Assembly (NCBI GenBank): GCA_041640295.1
Contig: JBEQAR010000001.1
Location: 16,453-80,452 of the forward strand
Length of the DNA: 64,000 nt
Direction of reading: 5' to 3'
From: a bacterium
Lineage (GTDB): Bacteria; Patescibacteriota; Minisyncoccia; UBA6257; HR35
Shown in pieces: positions 51,338-60,064 of this stretch (positions are counted from its first letter, which is position 1; each line of letters starts with the position of its first letter). The notes beneath the pieces are model-generated. The model was not told the origin of the DNA. It did no database searches and worked only from the letters and a program-made list of their open reading frames with translations. The translations under genes were made by a program, and so were the position numbers.

Positions 51338-51465
51338 AAATTATCTTCTAAAAACAATTTTAAATAAATCAAAATTAAACCTTGTATTTTAAATTATAAC
51401 AAAAAATAAAAATTTAAGAGTAAGATTTCAAAAAAATTAAAAAATTTCCTTACTAATTAAAAAAA

Positions 51466-52587
51466 TTAAATTTTTATTTCTTTCTTAATTTTCTCAACAA
51501 AATAAACAGGTAAAAAGAAAGCAAAAAAAGTAAACCAAAGTAAACCTCCTGCTATAGACATACCCCCTAAAATACCAATAAATTCTTTTATTTTCTCCCA
51601 ATTAGGATGTTTTATAAAATCTTTTCCTTTCTCTTTTTCTTTTTGAATCTCTCCCAAAAGTTCTCCTATTTGCTTCATTCCTTCTAAATACTGATTTAGC
51701 TGATCGGGGGGTAATTTTTTTAATTCTTCAAAATCTACTTCAGATAATTTTTCAAGATTTCTAATAATTCCATCTACCTCTTTTTCTGCTTCTTCCTCCC
51801 TTTTACCTTCTTCAATTAATCGTTTTTTTAAAGATTGTCTTAAGTCTTTTAGTTTCTTTTTAAAGCCATTACTAATAGTATCCCAATATTTTTCTATATC
51901 CTCAATTGATTTTATTCTTGCTAAACAAAGGTTTAAAAGTTCAACTTGCCATCTTTCATGAACTTGTGGAATTGCGATTTCAAGATTTAAATTTCTTGTT
52001 TTATCATCTATTGTCGTTATAGATATTAAAATAACACCTTCTTTATTTAAAATCTTAGAATACCACATTAGCTCATCAAAAGAAGCTTCTTCTAAAAATT
52101 TTTTAACCCTCTCGTTTCCCACAAGATCTTCCCTATTTAAAATAAAAACACCCAAGCATAATCTAAAAACTTCTTCAATTTTTCCTTCATTTTTTTGAAA
52201 GATAAGTGTACTTGCAATAACTTCAGTAGGTGTTGTGATTTCCATTTCAGTTAATCCTGTAGTTATTATACCAACTCCTTCTATTTTCAATTCTTCTAAC
52301 AAACCCACTACATTTTCAAGTTCTGCTCTAACATATTCGTCGAAAAATTTTCCTGATACTTCATCAGTCCTAACTAAACTTACTAAATCTTGATACTTCT
52401 CATACAATCTTTCTATTTTTTCTTTAATCAAGTTTTGTAAATCTCTCCCCTCTTGACTTGGTTGAACTTCTTGTTTATGTTCCTCAAAAGAAGGTTGTGT
52501 TCCGCTTTCAGTCATTGTTTGATCACGAGGATTAGTTCGGGACCTACCTCTTCTACGCGATTGGTCAGGATTAAATCTTGCTGTCAT
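51466..52587 (-). CDS. Hypothetical Glu/Lys-rich helical protein with C-terminal TM
   Basis: 373 aa ORF, Arg-rich disordered N-terminus, coiled-coil-like body, hydrophobic C-terminus. Confidence 0.7.
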   Translation of the reverse strand: MTARFNPDQSRRRGRSRTNPRDQTMTESGTQPSFEEHKQEVQPSQEGRDLQNLIKEKIERLYEKYQDLVSLVRTDEVSGKFFDEYVRAELENVVGLLEELKIEGVGIITTGLTEMEITTPTEVIASTLIFQKNEGKIEEVFRLCLGVFILNREDLVGNERVKKFLEEASFDELMWYSKILNKEGVILISITTIDDKTRNLNLEIAIPQVHERWQVELLNLCLARIKSIEDIEKYWDTISNGFKKKLKDLRQSLKKRLIEEGKREEEAEKEVDGIIRNLEKLSEVDFEELKKLPPDQLNQYLEGMKQIGELLGEIQKEKEKGKDFIKHPNWEKIKEFIGILGGMSIAGGLLWFTFFAFFLPVYFVEKIKKEIKI

Positions 52588-52761
52588 TTAATTATAACAC
52601 AAAATTGGATTAAAAAATTAATTAATATAATTATTATAACACAAAATTATAATTATTATAAAATTATATTTTTTTCTTATTTTAAAAATAAAATTAAAAT
52701 GGAAATGAAATTTTAGTTAAATATTTTTAATTTAATTATTGAAATTTTCTAATAAATAAAC

Positions 52762-52801
52762 CAAAAAACCGCCGGCGGGGATTGTACCCACATCCGGCGG
52801 T
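52762..52801 (-). terminator. Intrinsic terminator of GC-rich cassette 1
   Basis: ACCGCCGG..CCGGCGGT stem followed by a T run on the minus strand, just after the stop. Confidence 0.75.
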
Positions 52802-52818
52802 GTACTGAGATAACCCCC

Positions 52819-53097
52819 CTAAGGGGGTGGCTGGGATGGTGAGGGTGGTGGGGACGGGGGTTGGGGGTGGTAGTCCTGGTTACGGACCACCACCCGGTTC
52901 TCCTGGGCAGTCGTGCTTACAGTGATACTACCCAACTGACCCCGCTGCCAGCCACCCTCAACCAACTCGGCACTCTTTTGGAGAGCGCCGAGAGAATCGA
53001 AAGAGTTGGAGGGGGGGCGGCTGCGACGGCCCGCCATAATAAGGGCAGCAATTGCCGCTGTCCCAGACGCCCCCGCTAAAATCCAAAGAATTTCCAT
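52819..53097 (-). CDS. GC-rich small protein: N-terminal TM anchor, Pro-rich tail
   Basis: 92 aa, SD GGAGGTG 7 nt before ATG, own promoter and terminator. Confidence 0.75.
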   Translation of the reverse strand: MEILWILAGASGTAAIAALIMAGRRSRPPSNSFDSLGALQKSAELVEGGWQRGQLGSITVSTTAQENRVVVRNQDYHPQPPSPPPSPSQPPP

Positions 53098-53104
53098 TTT
53101 TTAG

Positions 53105-53146
53105 CACCTCCGTTTATTATTATACTACAAAAAATTTTTTTGTCAA
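53105..53146 (-). promoter_or_regulatory. Promoter plus Shine-Dalgarno of cassette 1
   Basis: TTGACA(53146-53141)-16 bp-TATAAT(53124-53119), GGAGGTG at 53111-53105. Confidence 0.7.
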
Positions 53147-53150
53147 GTAT

Positions 53151-53179
53151 AAAAAAGGCGCCCATTAATGAGCGCCTTT
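53151..53179 (-). terminator. Intrinsic terminator of GC-rich cassette 2
   Basis: Minus strand AAAGGCGCTCATTAATGGGCGCCTTTTTT: hairpin plus U-tract. Confidence 0.8.
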
Positions 53180-53189
53180 AAAAAAAATG

Positions 53190-53582
53190 TTACTCCTCTT
53201 CCCTGGCCATCAGGCCCAGAAGGAGTAACAACCCGAATACCTCGGCGGCGAGAATGCCGGCGAGGACGCCGGGCAGGGGGTCGCCCGGGTCCCCTTTTGG
53301 ACCCGGCGGACCCTCAGGTCCTCTTGGCCCTTGCGGGCCAAAAGGACCAGCAGGTCCTCTTGGCCCTTGCGGGCCACGAGGGCCCCTCAATTTCTCCCGA
53401 ACCTCCTTGTCCGGGAGAACTAGTTTATCCCACTCCGCATCCTGCGGAGTGGTCCCGCCTCTCTCAATGCGGGCGGGGAGGACAATGGTTCCCTCGGCCC
53501 CCTTCTTCTCCTGAGCCAGGGCGACCGAGAAAGAAGTGAGAAGAAAAAGACCACTAAGGCCCAGGATTAAAATTAACCTCAT
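53190..53582 (-). CDS. GC-rich collagen-like surface protein (signal peptide, Gly-X-Y repeat, C-terminal TM)
   Basis: VALA|[37 protein letters not shown] (12 triplets), hydrophobic C-terminus; start set at ATG 53582 from SD spacing. Confidence 0.8.
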   Translation of the reverse strand: MRLILILGLSGLFLLTSFSVALAQEKKGAEGTIVLPARIERGGTTPQDAEWDKLVLPDKEVREKLRGPRGPQGPRGPAGPFGPQGPRGPEGPPGPKGDPGDPLPGVLAGILAAEVFGLLLLLGLMAREEE

Positions 53583-53588
53583 ATAGTT

Positions 53589-53630
53589 CACCTCCGTTTT
53601 AATTATAACACATCAATTTTTCTTTGTCAA
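53589..53630 (-). promoter_or_regulatory. Promoter plus Shine-Dalgarno of cassette 2
   Basis: TTGACA(53630-53625)-17 bp-TATAAT(53607-53602) with extended TGn, GGAGGTG at 53595-53589. Confidence 0.75.
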
Positions 53631-53868
53631 TTATTTGTATAACCTACATACACTTGAGACTCCTTGTTAAAAATAACATCTAAGAGGAATTGGAAGGGTG
53701 TTTTCCTGTCTACCAACAAAGCAGGGATTTTCCATTCTTTTAGAGAGTCTAATATGTGTTTGAGGTTAGACAGCTTTGTACCTAATATAGATTTATATAC
53801 CAAGAAAGGGCACAAATACTTTACTTATTTAATTTCCTAAAAAACTTCTTTAAACTAATTAAAAAATT

Positions 53869-54099
53869 TTAGCCCCATACTTTTCTCCAAAAATCTTTTT
53901 CTTCAATTTGAGCTAATTTTAGTATTCCTTTTATAGTTCCAGGGGCTAATTCTTTATGAAGGGGAACTATTGTTATAATCTCTTGTTTATCAACTTGCTT
54001 TTTTAATTTCACATGGCTACCTTTTTGAGAAATAAAATAAAAACCAAAATTTTTACACAAAATCTTAATCACTTGCCTTCCCGAGAGTGGCTTATACAT
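53869..54099 (-). CDS. hicA: HicA family toxin
   Basis: LSGRQVIKIL..GF..QKGSHVKL..VPLHKELAPGTIKGIL. Confidence 0.9.
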   Translation of the reverse strand: MYKPLSGRQVIKILCKNFGFYFISQKGSHVKLKKQVDKQEIITIVPLHKELAPGTIKGILKLAQIEEKDFWRKVWG

Positions 54100-54310
54100 T
54101 CTCTAATTCAAGAGTAGTTATCAAAGGAGCATTTTTAGGAAGAGATTTTTTGATTTTTGGTTGATCTTCTAAATATAATTCAACAGCCTCTTTAAGGTTT
54201 TTTTGAGCATCCTCAATTGTTTTTCCTTGACTTACTACACCTAATTCAATACATCTAGCTACATACCATCTTCCTTCTTTAATAATAATTGTGGTGAACC
54301 GATAGGCCAT
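54092..54310 (-). CDS. hicB: HicB family antitoxin (short, no DNA-binding domain)
   Basis: YVARCIELGVVSQGKTIEDAQKNLKEAVELYLE; overlaps hicA by 8 nt. Confidence 0.9.
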   Translation of the reverse strand: MAYRFTTIIIKEGRWYVARCIELGVVSQGKTIEDAQKNLKEAVELYLEDQPKIKKSLPKNAPLITTLELENV

Positions 54311-54433
54311 CTTAATTTTATTTTATTCTATTTTTAAACTATTGTCAAATCAAGGAGATTTCATTTTTAAGGAATAATATAGCCATTGGTTAGTAATAAA
54401 TTAATAAATAAAAATACTTCTTAATAATAAAAA

Positions 54434-54467
54434 TGCATATTTACAGACGATCGTCCGTATTTGTGCA
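54434..54467. other. 34-bp imperfect palindrome with perfect core GACGATCGTC
   Basis: TGCATATTTACAGACGATCGTCCGTATTTGTGCA. Confidence 0.6.
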
Positions 54468-54578
54468 GTAAGTCATTTTATAAAAAAAATTTGAAACATC
54501 TATCAATCATCAAATTAGGATGAAGGACTTAAAAATGTACAAATAAATTGCTCAAATTAACACCAAATTATAATAACT

Positions 54579-54686
54579 CGAATGTTGGCCAAATAAAGTG
54601 CCGAAATATTTTACCCGAATATTTACTGAATATTTTGAACGAGTGTTGATTGAATATTAACCAAGAATATTTAGTTAGCAATAGTT
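54579..54686. repeat. Degenerate GAATATT tandem array
   Basis: Copies at about 54580, 54604, 54617, 54628, 54641, 54652, 54665, mostly 11 or 13 bp apart. Confidence 0.65.
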
Positions 54687-54691
54687 TGTTT

Positions 54692-54982
54692 TTACATCTC
54701 TTCTATTTCTCTTTTGAGTTCAAGTTCTTTTATTCTGTCTTCAAAAACTTTTTTAAGTGAAGATAATTCTTTATGAGTTGAAAGAAGTTCTTCGAGATAT
54801 TTATTTAGGCTTTCTAATCTACCTAAGGAAATATCAACGGCTTCTTCAAAAAATGTCCCAACTATTGCTCTTTGTAAATCTTCGGGAAATTCATTAAAAT
54901 TTTCGGTTATAAAATTTCTAATTTCCTCTTCTGTTCCTGTTTTAAGAATTTCATAAAATTTTGTTAAAATTTCTTCTGTCAT
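54692..54982 (-). CDS. Hypothetical acidic coiled-coil protein
   Basis: 96 aa ORF, 7 nt downstream of the preceding gene. Confidence 0.7.
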   Translation of the reverse strand: MTEEILTKFYEILKTGTEEEIRNFITENFNEFPEDLQRAIVGTFFEEAVDISLGRLESLNKYLEELLSTHKELSSLKKVFEDRIKELELKREIEEM

Positions 54983-54989
54983 TTTTTAA

Positions 54990-56084
54990 TTATTTATTTT
55001 GCAAAAAACTATCTAAATTTTGAGAAATTATATTTAAAATGTAAGTTAATAAACCGCCGCATTTTGCCCGCGTTCTTTTATTTTTGTACCAATCTTTAAA
55101 TTCATCTTTGTATTTCTTTCTTAGGTACCGAGCTTGTATTTCTTCCCATTTTATTCCTTCCTCCTGTAAAAATTCATTCCATTCTTTTTCTAGTTTTGAT
55201 TGATCTTCCACCTCTTCTAATATACCGCCTGCTTCCTTAAAAGAAATATTTTTTCCCGAATCTGCGATTCCGTATAATATATCTGAAAGAAGTTCCCTTC
55301 CTCTTTCGTTCTAACTTGCAAACACTGCTTCAGCTATCATTTTTCCAATTTCTTGTAGGTTATTATCTATTTCCGCTAACTTTGTTTGAACTTCTTCAAT
55401 TCTATCTAATTGTTCTGCTCTTCCTCTACTAAATCTCCCCCCGAACATATCTCTTAATTTACCAATTATACCAAGATGAGCTCTTACCAATTCTTGAAGA
55501 TTACCTCCTGAAGCATAAACTCTACTTAATTCTTCTATTGGTATGTTGTACTCTTGAGCTAATGCTCTTACCTGGGCATTAAGACTTTCATATGTTTGTT
55601 CTTCTTTTTTAATATTTTCTAATTTCTCTCTTAATTCCTTGAAATTATCTTGATTCAACATATACAATTCTGCTAAATAATTTTCCAAAAATGTTCTTGT
55701 TTTCTCAACTCCTATTTGATTTACAATTTGCCTAAATTCAGGTGATATAGAAGCAAGATATTCAATTCGCTCTTTGGGCAATAAATCTAAAACTTCTTTT
55801 GTAGCATCTAAACACTCTTTAATTTTTGATCTTGCTTGTTCTAAAAAATCAAATTCTGCCTTTTCTAAGGTTTGCCTATTGAGCAATTTTTCTAGTAATT
55901 TATCTTTATCTATTCCTTGAGGAAGTTGGGTGGTTTCGATATATATCTTTAATAAATTCGATTGAAGTCTGTCGCTTAAAATCTCTTCAACCGTAGGTGG
56001 AATTCCACTAGTGCTTTCTCTATATGCTTCAACTTTTTGTTGTTCTTGCTTCTTTCGATATTGTTCAAAGGGTTTTTCTAACAT
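54990..56084 (-). pseudogene. Coiled-coil hypothetical gene interrupted by a single in-frame TAG (55311-55313)
   Basis: The 257 aa and 73 aa ORFs share a frame and the 99 nt between them is open: ...AEAVFAS*NERGRELLSDILYGIADSGKNISFKEAGGILEEVEDQ... Confidence 0.7.
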
Positions 56085-56087
56085 TTT

Positions 56088-56249
56088 TTATTTTCTGCTT
56101 TCTTTGTGTTTGGTGTGCTTGGCACACCATTTGCAGAATTTTTTTAATTCTAATTTTTTTTCTGAACCTTTTTTCTTCCAATAATAATAGTTAGCTCGAT
56201 TGCATTCAGTGCATTTAAGTCTAATTAAATTTTTGGTTTTTACTGCCAT
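56088..56249 (-). CDS. rpmG: 50S ribosomal protein L33 (zinc-binding)
   Basis: Manual translation MAVKTKNLIRLKCTECNRANYYYWKKKGSEKKLELKKFCKWCAKHTKHKESRK. Confidence 0.95.
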   Translation of the reverse strand: MAVKTKNLIRLKCTECNRANYYYWKKKGSEKKLELKKFCKWCAKHTKHKESRK

Positions 56250-56252
56250 TAT

Positions 56253-56771
56253 TTATTGATTACTTTCTTCAATATTTGAATTTGGCAATTCTTGTTCTAT
56301 TATATTCGAAGGTGATGGTGATTGGTTAACTGGTGGTTGATTTTGGATAAACTGATTATTTTGAGGCGTACGTGGTTGATTGACTGGACCAAAATAATTA
56401 GTAATAGAATTACTCTGATTCCTGATTAAAGTTAATACTTGGCTATTTTCGCTCAAGGGTGCAATCCACAAAACTTGATTTTTATTTAAGTAAATATAAT
56501 TTTTAGGACCCCAATTTAACTGGACTAAGGGCACTAAAGTAGAATTGCCGTTTTGATCAATTCTTAAAATGTGGGGTGAGCTTAGTTTTAATCGTGGGAA
56601 ATAAGAAATTCTACCAAAATAAAGTTCACCATTAAGAAAATAAACGCCGACATATCTTTCGGTTAAAAATACTCGCCTAAATAAAACCGCCAAAAATATA
56701 ATAAGCAGAATAAAAACTAAATACCAAAAAATTTTAGGACTAAATTTTATTTTTATTTCTTTACCTTCCAT
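56253..56771 (-). CDS. CPR-type hypothetical protein, N-terminal TM, Q/N/P-rich tail
   Basis: YVGVYFLNGELYFGRI..WGPKNYIYLNKNQVLWI..SQV. Confidence 0.7.
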   Translation of the reverse strand: MEGKEIKIKFSPKIFWYLVFILLIIFLAVLFRRVFLTERYVGVYFLNGELYFGRISYFPRLKLSSPHILRIDQNGNSTLVPLVQLNWGPKNYIYLNKNQVLWIAPLSENSQVLTLIRNQSNSITNYFGPVNQPRTPQNNQFIQNQPPVNQSPSPSNIIEQELPNSNIEESNQ

Positions 56772-56789
56772 TTTAATTTTTGATTAATT

Positions 56790-59129
56790 TCAGTTAATTA
56801 ATACTGAATCAATCTTGAAAGAAACAATCTTAATTGGTTGATTGGTTCTTTTTATTTCTTTAATATCTTTAACATTAATAAATTCTAATTTTTCATTCAC
56901 CACTATAATTTTATCATCATTATTTACTAAGTCAACAAATATTGGCAATCCAAATTTTTCTTTTAAATCAAATATTTTAATACCCCTTCCGCCTCTTTTT
57001 TGAAAATTAATTTCTTTAACTGGAAATTTTTTAGCATAACCTTCAGAAAAAATAATTAAAACATAATTTTTATCAACAAGAGAGGCATTAATAACCTCAT
57101 CACCACTTGCAATTTTTATTAACCTTACCCCTGATGAAGCTCGTCCTTGAAGAGGAATTTCATCTTTAATACCCAAAGCCAAACCATTACGAGTAAAAAT
57201 TATTAATTGTTGGTTATTGTTAATTGGTAAAATTTTCACTAATTGATCGTGTTGTTTAATTTTTATTATTTGGGTACCAGTTTTCCTATTGGTTAAAACA
57301 TCAGAAGCTTTTATTCTCTTCCCTAAACCGAAACGAGTAAGGCATAAAAAGAAATTATTGTTCGTTAATCTTAATACATCCAAAATGTGTTCATCTTTCT
57401 CTAAAGAAATTGTTGATTCTAAATATTTTTGTGATTCATAAAATTCAATTACAGGAATATTGTAAACTTTTCCTTTATGTGAATAAACTAAAATTTTTTC
57501 CTTGGTGTTAGTAAGTAAAATTTTTCCAAACTCTTCTCGGTTTTTAATAATTTTTGCCAAAGGAGTATCTAATTTAAATGATTTAACTAATTTCTTTTGA
57601 TTAATAAAAAGTAAAATATCTTCATCGATAATTTCTTTTTCTTCTCTAACAACAATTAAATCTTCTTCAATAATTTTGGTTCGGCGCTCATCACCATATT
57701 TTTTAATTAAATCATCAATATCTTTGATTATTAATTCATCAATTTTTTTAGGATATTTAAGAATCATCTCTAATTCTGCTTTTAGTTTTAATTTTTCATT
57801 CAATTCATCAATTATCTTTTTTGTTTCTAAAGAAGTTAATGATCTTAAAGGCATTTCTAAAATAGCTTCTGCTTGACGTTCATTAATTTTCAACTTAAGC
57901 ATTAAATTCTTTTTAGCAGTTTGTTTATCTTGTGATTTTTTAATTATTCTAATAACTAAATCGATATTTTGAATTGCTTTTTTGAACCCTTCTAAAATTT
58001 CTATTCTCTCTTTGGTTTTTTCTAAATCATATTTAGTTCTTCTTCTAATAACCTCCCGACGATGCTGAAGCCAATTCAACAATATATCTTTCAAATTAAA
58101 AATTTTTGGTTGGAGTCCATTTTCTAAAGCTATAAGATTGAAGTAATAATTTTTTTGTAAATCAGTTAATCGATAAAGTTTATTAATGGTGTTTTGGATT
58201 AATTTTTCATCTTTATCAGCTAATTCAATAATAATTCTGATCCCTTCCCTATTTGATTCATCTCTAACTTCTTTAATTTGAGGAAGAATTTTGTTTAAAC
58301 CTAAGTCAGCAATTTGTCTAACTAATTCTGCCTTATTTACCTGCCAAGGAATTTCAGTAATCACTAAATATTTATTACCCCTTTTTGTTTCTTCAATTTG
58401 AACTTTTCCTCTAACAACTACACTTCCTTTACCGGTTTTATAAGCTTCTAATAAATTTTTTTTACCATAAACAAAACCACCGGTAGGAAAGTCTGGACCT
58501 TTAATAACTTGAAGAATATCTTTGATTGTTGACTCTGGTTTATTAATTAATAATTTAATAGCCTGCCCAACTTCAATTAAATTATGGGGAGGAATGTTGG
58601 TCGCCATTCCTACCGCAATTCCTAACGAGCCATTAACAATTAAGTTTGGTAATTTCGAGGGTAAAACAACTGGTTCTTTGCGGGTATTATCATAATTTGG
58701 TCTAAAATCAACAGTATCTTTATCAATATCAACCAACATCTCAACAGCGATATGAGACAATTTAGCTTCTGTATAACGATAAGCAGCGGGTGGATCACCA
58801 TCTAAAGAACCAAAATTTCCCTGCCCCCAAATAAGAGGATAACGTAAAGAAAAATTTTGAGCTAAACGAACTAAAGTTTCATAAACTGCTTGATCACCAT
58901 GAGGATGATAACGAGCAATAGTATTTCCTACAATATTAGCACATTTAGTAAATTTTTCATTTGGCCAAAGACCTAATTCTTTCATAACAAACAATATTCT
59001 TCTTTGAACTGGTTTTAAGCCATCACGAACATCGGGTAAAGCACGAGAAACTATAACACTTAAGGCATAATCTAAATAAGAATGCTTAAGCTCTTGAGTA
59101 ATTTCAGAAAATTTAATAATCTCTTTCAT
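56790..59129 (-). CDS. Type IIA topoisomerase subunit A (GyrA/ParC family)
   Basis: [41 protein letters not shown], beta-pinwheel repeats; no GyrA-box at CTD start. Confidence 0.92.
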   Translation of the reverse strand: MKEIIKFSEITQELKHSYLDYALSVIVSRALPDVRDGLKPVQRRILFVMKELGLWPNEKFTKCANIVGNTIARYHPHGDQAVYETLVRLAQNFSLRYPLIWGQGNFGSLDGDPPAAYRYTEAKLSHIAVEMLVDIDKDTVDFRPNYDNTRKEPVVLPSKLPNLIVNGSLGIAVGMATNIPPHNLIEVGQAIKLLINKPESTIKDILQVIKGPDFPTGGFVYGKKNLLEAYKTGKGSVVVRGKVQIEETKRGNKYLVITEIPWQVNKAELVRQIADLGLNKILPQIKEVRDESNREGIRIIIELADKDEKLIQNTINKLYRLTDLQKNYYFNLIALENGLQPKIFNLKDILLNWLQHRREVIRRRTKYDLEKTKERIEILEGFKKAIQNIDLVIRIIKKSQDKQTAKKNLMLKLKINERQAEAILEMPLRSLTSLETKKIIDELNEKLKLKAELEMILKYPKKIDELIIKDIDDLIKKYGDERRTKIIEEDLIVVREEKEIIDEDILLFINQKKLVKSFKLDTPLAKIIKNREEFGKILLTNTKEKILVYSHKGKVYNIPVIEFYESQKYLESTISLEKDEHILDVLRLTNNNFFLCLTRFGLGKRIKASDVLTNRKTGTQIIKIKQHDQLVKILPINNNQQLIIFTRNGLALGIKDEIPLQGRASSGVRLIKIASGDEVINASLVDKNYVLIIFSEGYAKKFPVKEINFQKRGGRGIKIFDLKEKFGLPIFVDLVNNDDKIIVVNEKLEFINVKDIKEIKRTNQPIKIVSFKIDSVLIN

Positions 59130-59246
59130 CCTCAACTTTTAATTTTATAAATTTTATTAAAAAATTTTAAATATTATAAATTACTAATCTTAAACTAAAT
59201 TTGGTTAATTCAAAAAATTATTGTCAATGATTGTTATTCAAAAATT

Positions 59247-59474
59247 TTATTTCAGCAATTCAACAAAAAAAGTATAAATATTAGCTAATCCCAATTTAAA
59301 AATATTCGCGGTGGTTGTGATAGCAATTTCAGCTGGTGAAGGTTGAGGTCGCAGAAAAGAAAGAATATGCCCTCCTTGTAACCACCATAAAAAAATTATG
59401 ATCATAAACACAGCAATAGCATATTTAAGTGATCTTATTTTGTTTTGAATGTGTCTTTGTTGTTTATTATTCAT
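59247..59474 (-). CDS. Small membrane protein
   Basis: 75 aa with TM YAIAVFMIIIFLWW, co-oriented with neighbours. Confidence 0.6.
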   Translation of the reverse strand: MNNKQQRHIQNKIRSLKYAIAVFMIIIFLWWLQGGHILSFLRPQPSPAEIAITTTANIFKLGLANIYTFFVELLK

Positions 59475-59490
59475 AATTTAAAACTCAAAG

Positions 59491-59973
59491 TTAAACAAGA
59501 ATATAATCTTTCTCTTCAATTTTTTTAACATTAATTTTAGCTTCTTTTACTTTTTCTCCTTTAATATTATTTTTATTATCAACATCAATTAATATCTTTA
59601 ATTTTAACTTATTTTTAATTTTAAGTAAATCAGGTAATTTGCCTTTAATTAAAGCAATATCAATTTCTCCCCACTCATCTAAAATTTGATTAAGTAATCC
59701 GTCATTAATATTATCAGTTAAATAAATAAAATTAATTCCTTTATAATTAAAAACATAAATTAATGATTTATTGCTAAGATATCCTTTAAAATATACACCT
59801 TGAACTTCATATTCTCCGGGCAAATTAAAAAATTTATTAGTATTGAGATTTTTTTGAATATCTGATAAAATTGTAATACAATCAAGATTATCCTTAATTT
59901 TGGTTGGATCAAAAATTATTCTTTTATTATCCAAAAGTATTTCTAAATCATCGTGAATTTTTTTTATAATCAT
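59491..59973 (-). CDS. Degenerate MBL-fold (Lactamase_B_3-like) protein
   Basis: IIFDP, PGEYEVQGV, GEIDIALI; the metal-binding His motif is absent. Confidence 0.6.
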   Translation of the reverse strand: MIIKKIHDDLEILLDNKRIIFDPTKIKDNLDCITILSDIQKNLNTNKFFNLPGEYEVQGVYFKGYLSNKSLIYVFNYKGINFIYLTDNINDGLLNQILDEWGEIDIALIKGKLPDLLKIKNKLKLKILIDVDNKNNIKGEKVKEAKINVKKIEEKDYILV

Positions 59974-60064
59974 TTTTTTATAAAAATTTTATATTATTTG
60001 ATAAATTCGATCTTTAATATTAAAATAATAAGTGTAAAAGCAATTAAATTTAATTATAACATAA

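Noticed and set aside
52861-53539. Plus-strand ORFs 52861-53079, 53168-53539 and 53254-53514 (the last with Gly-Pro repeats)
   Set aside because: Antisense shadows of the GC-rich cassettes; promoter, SD and terminator all point to the minus strand
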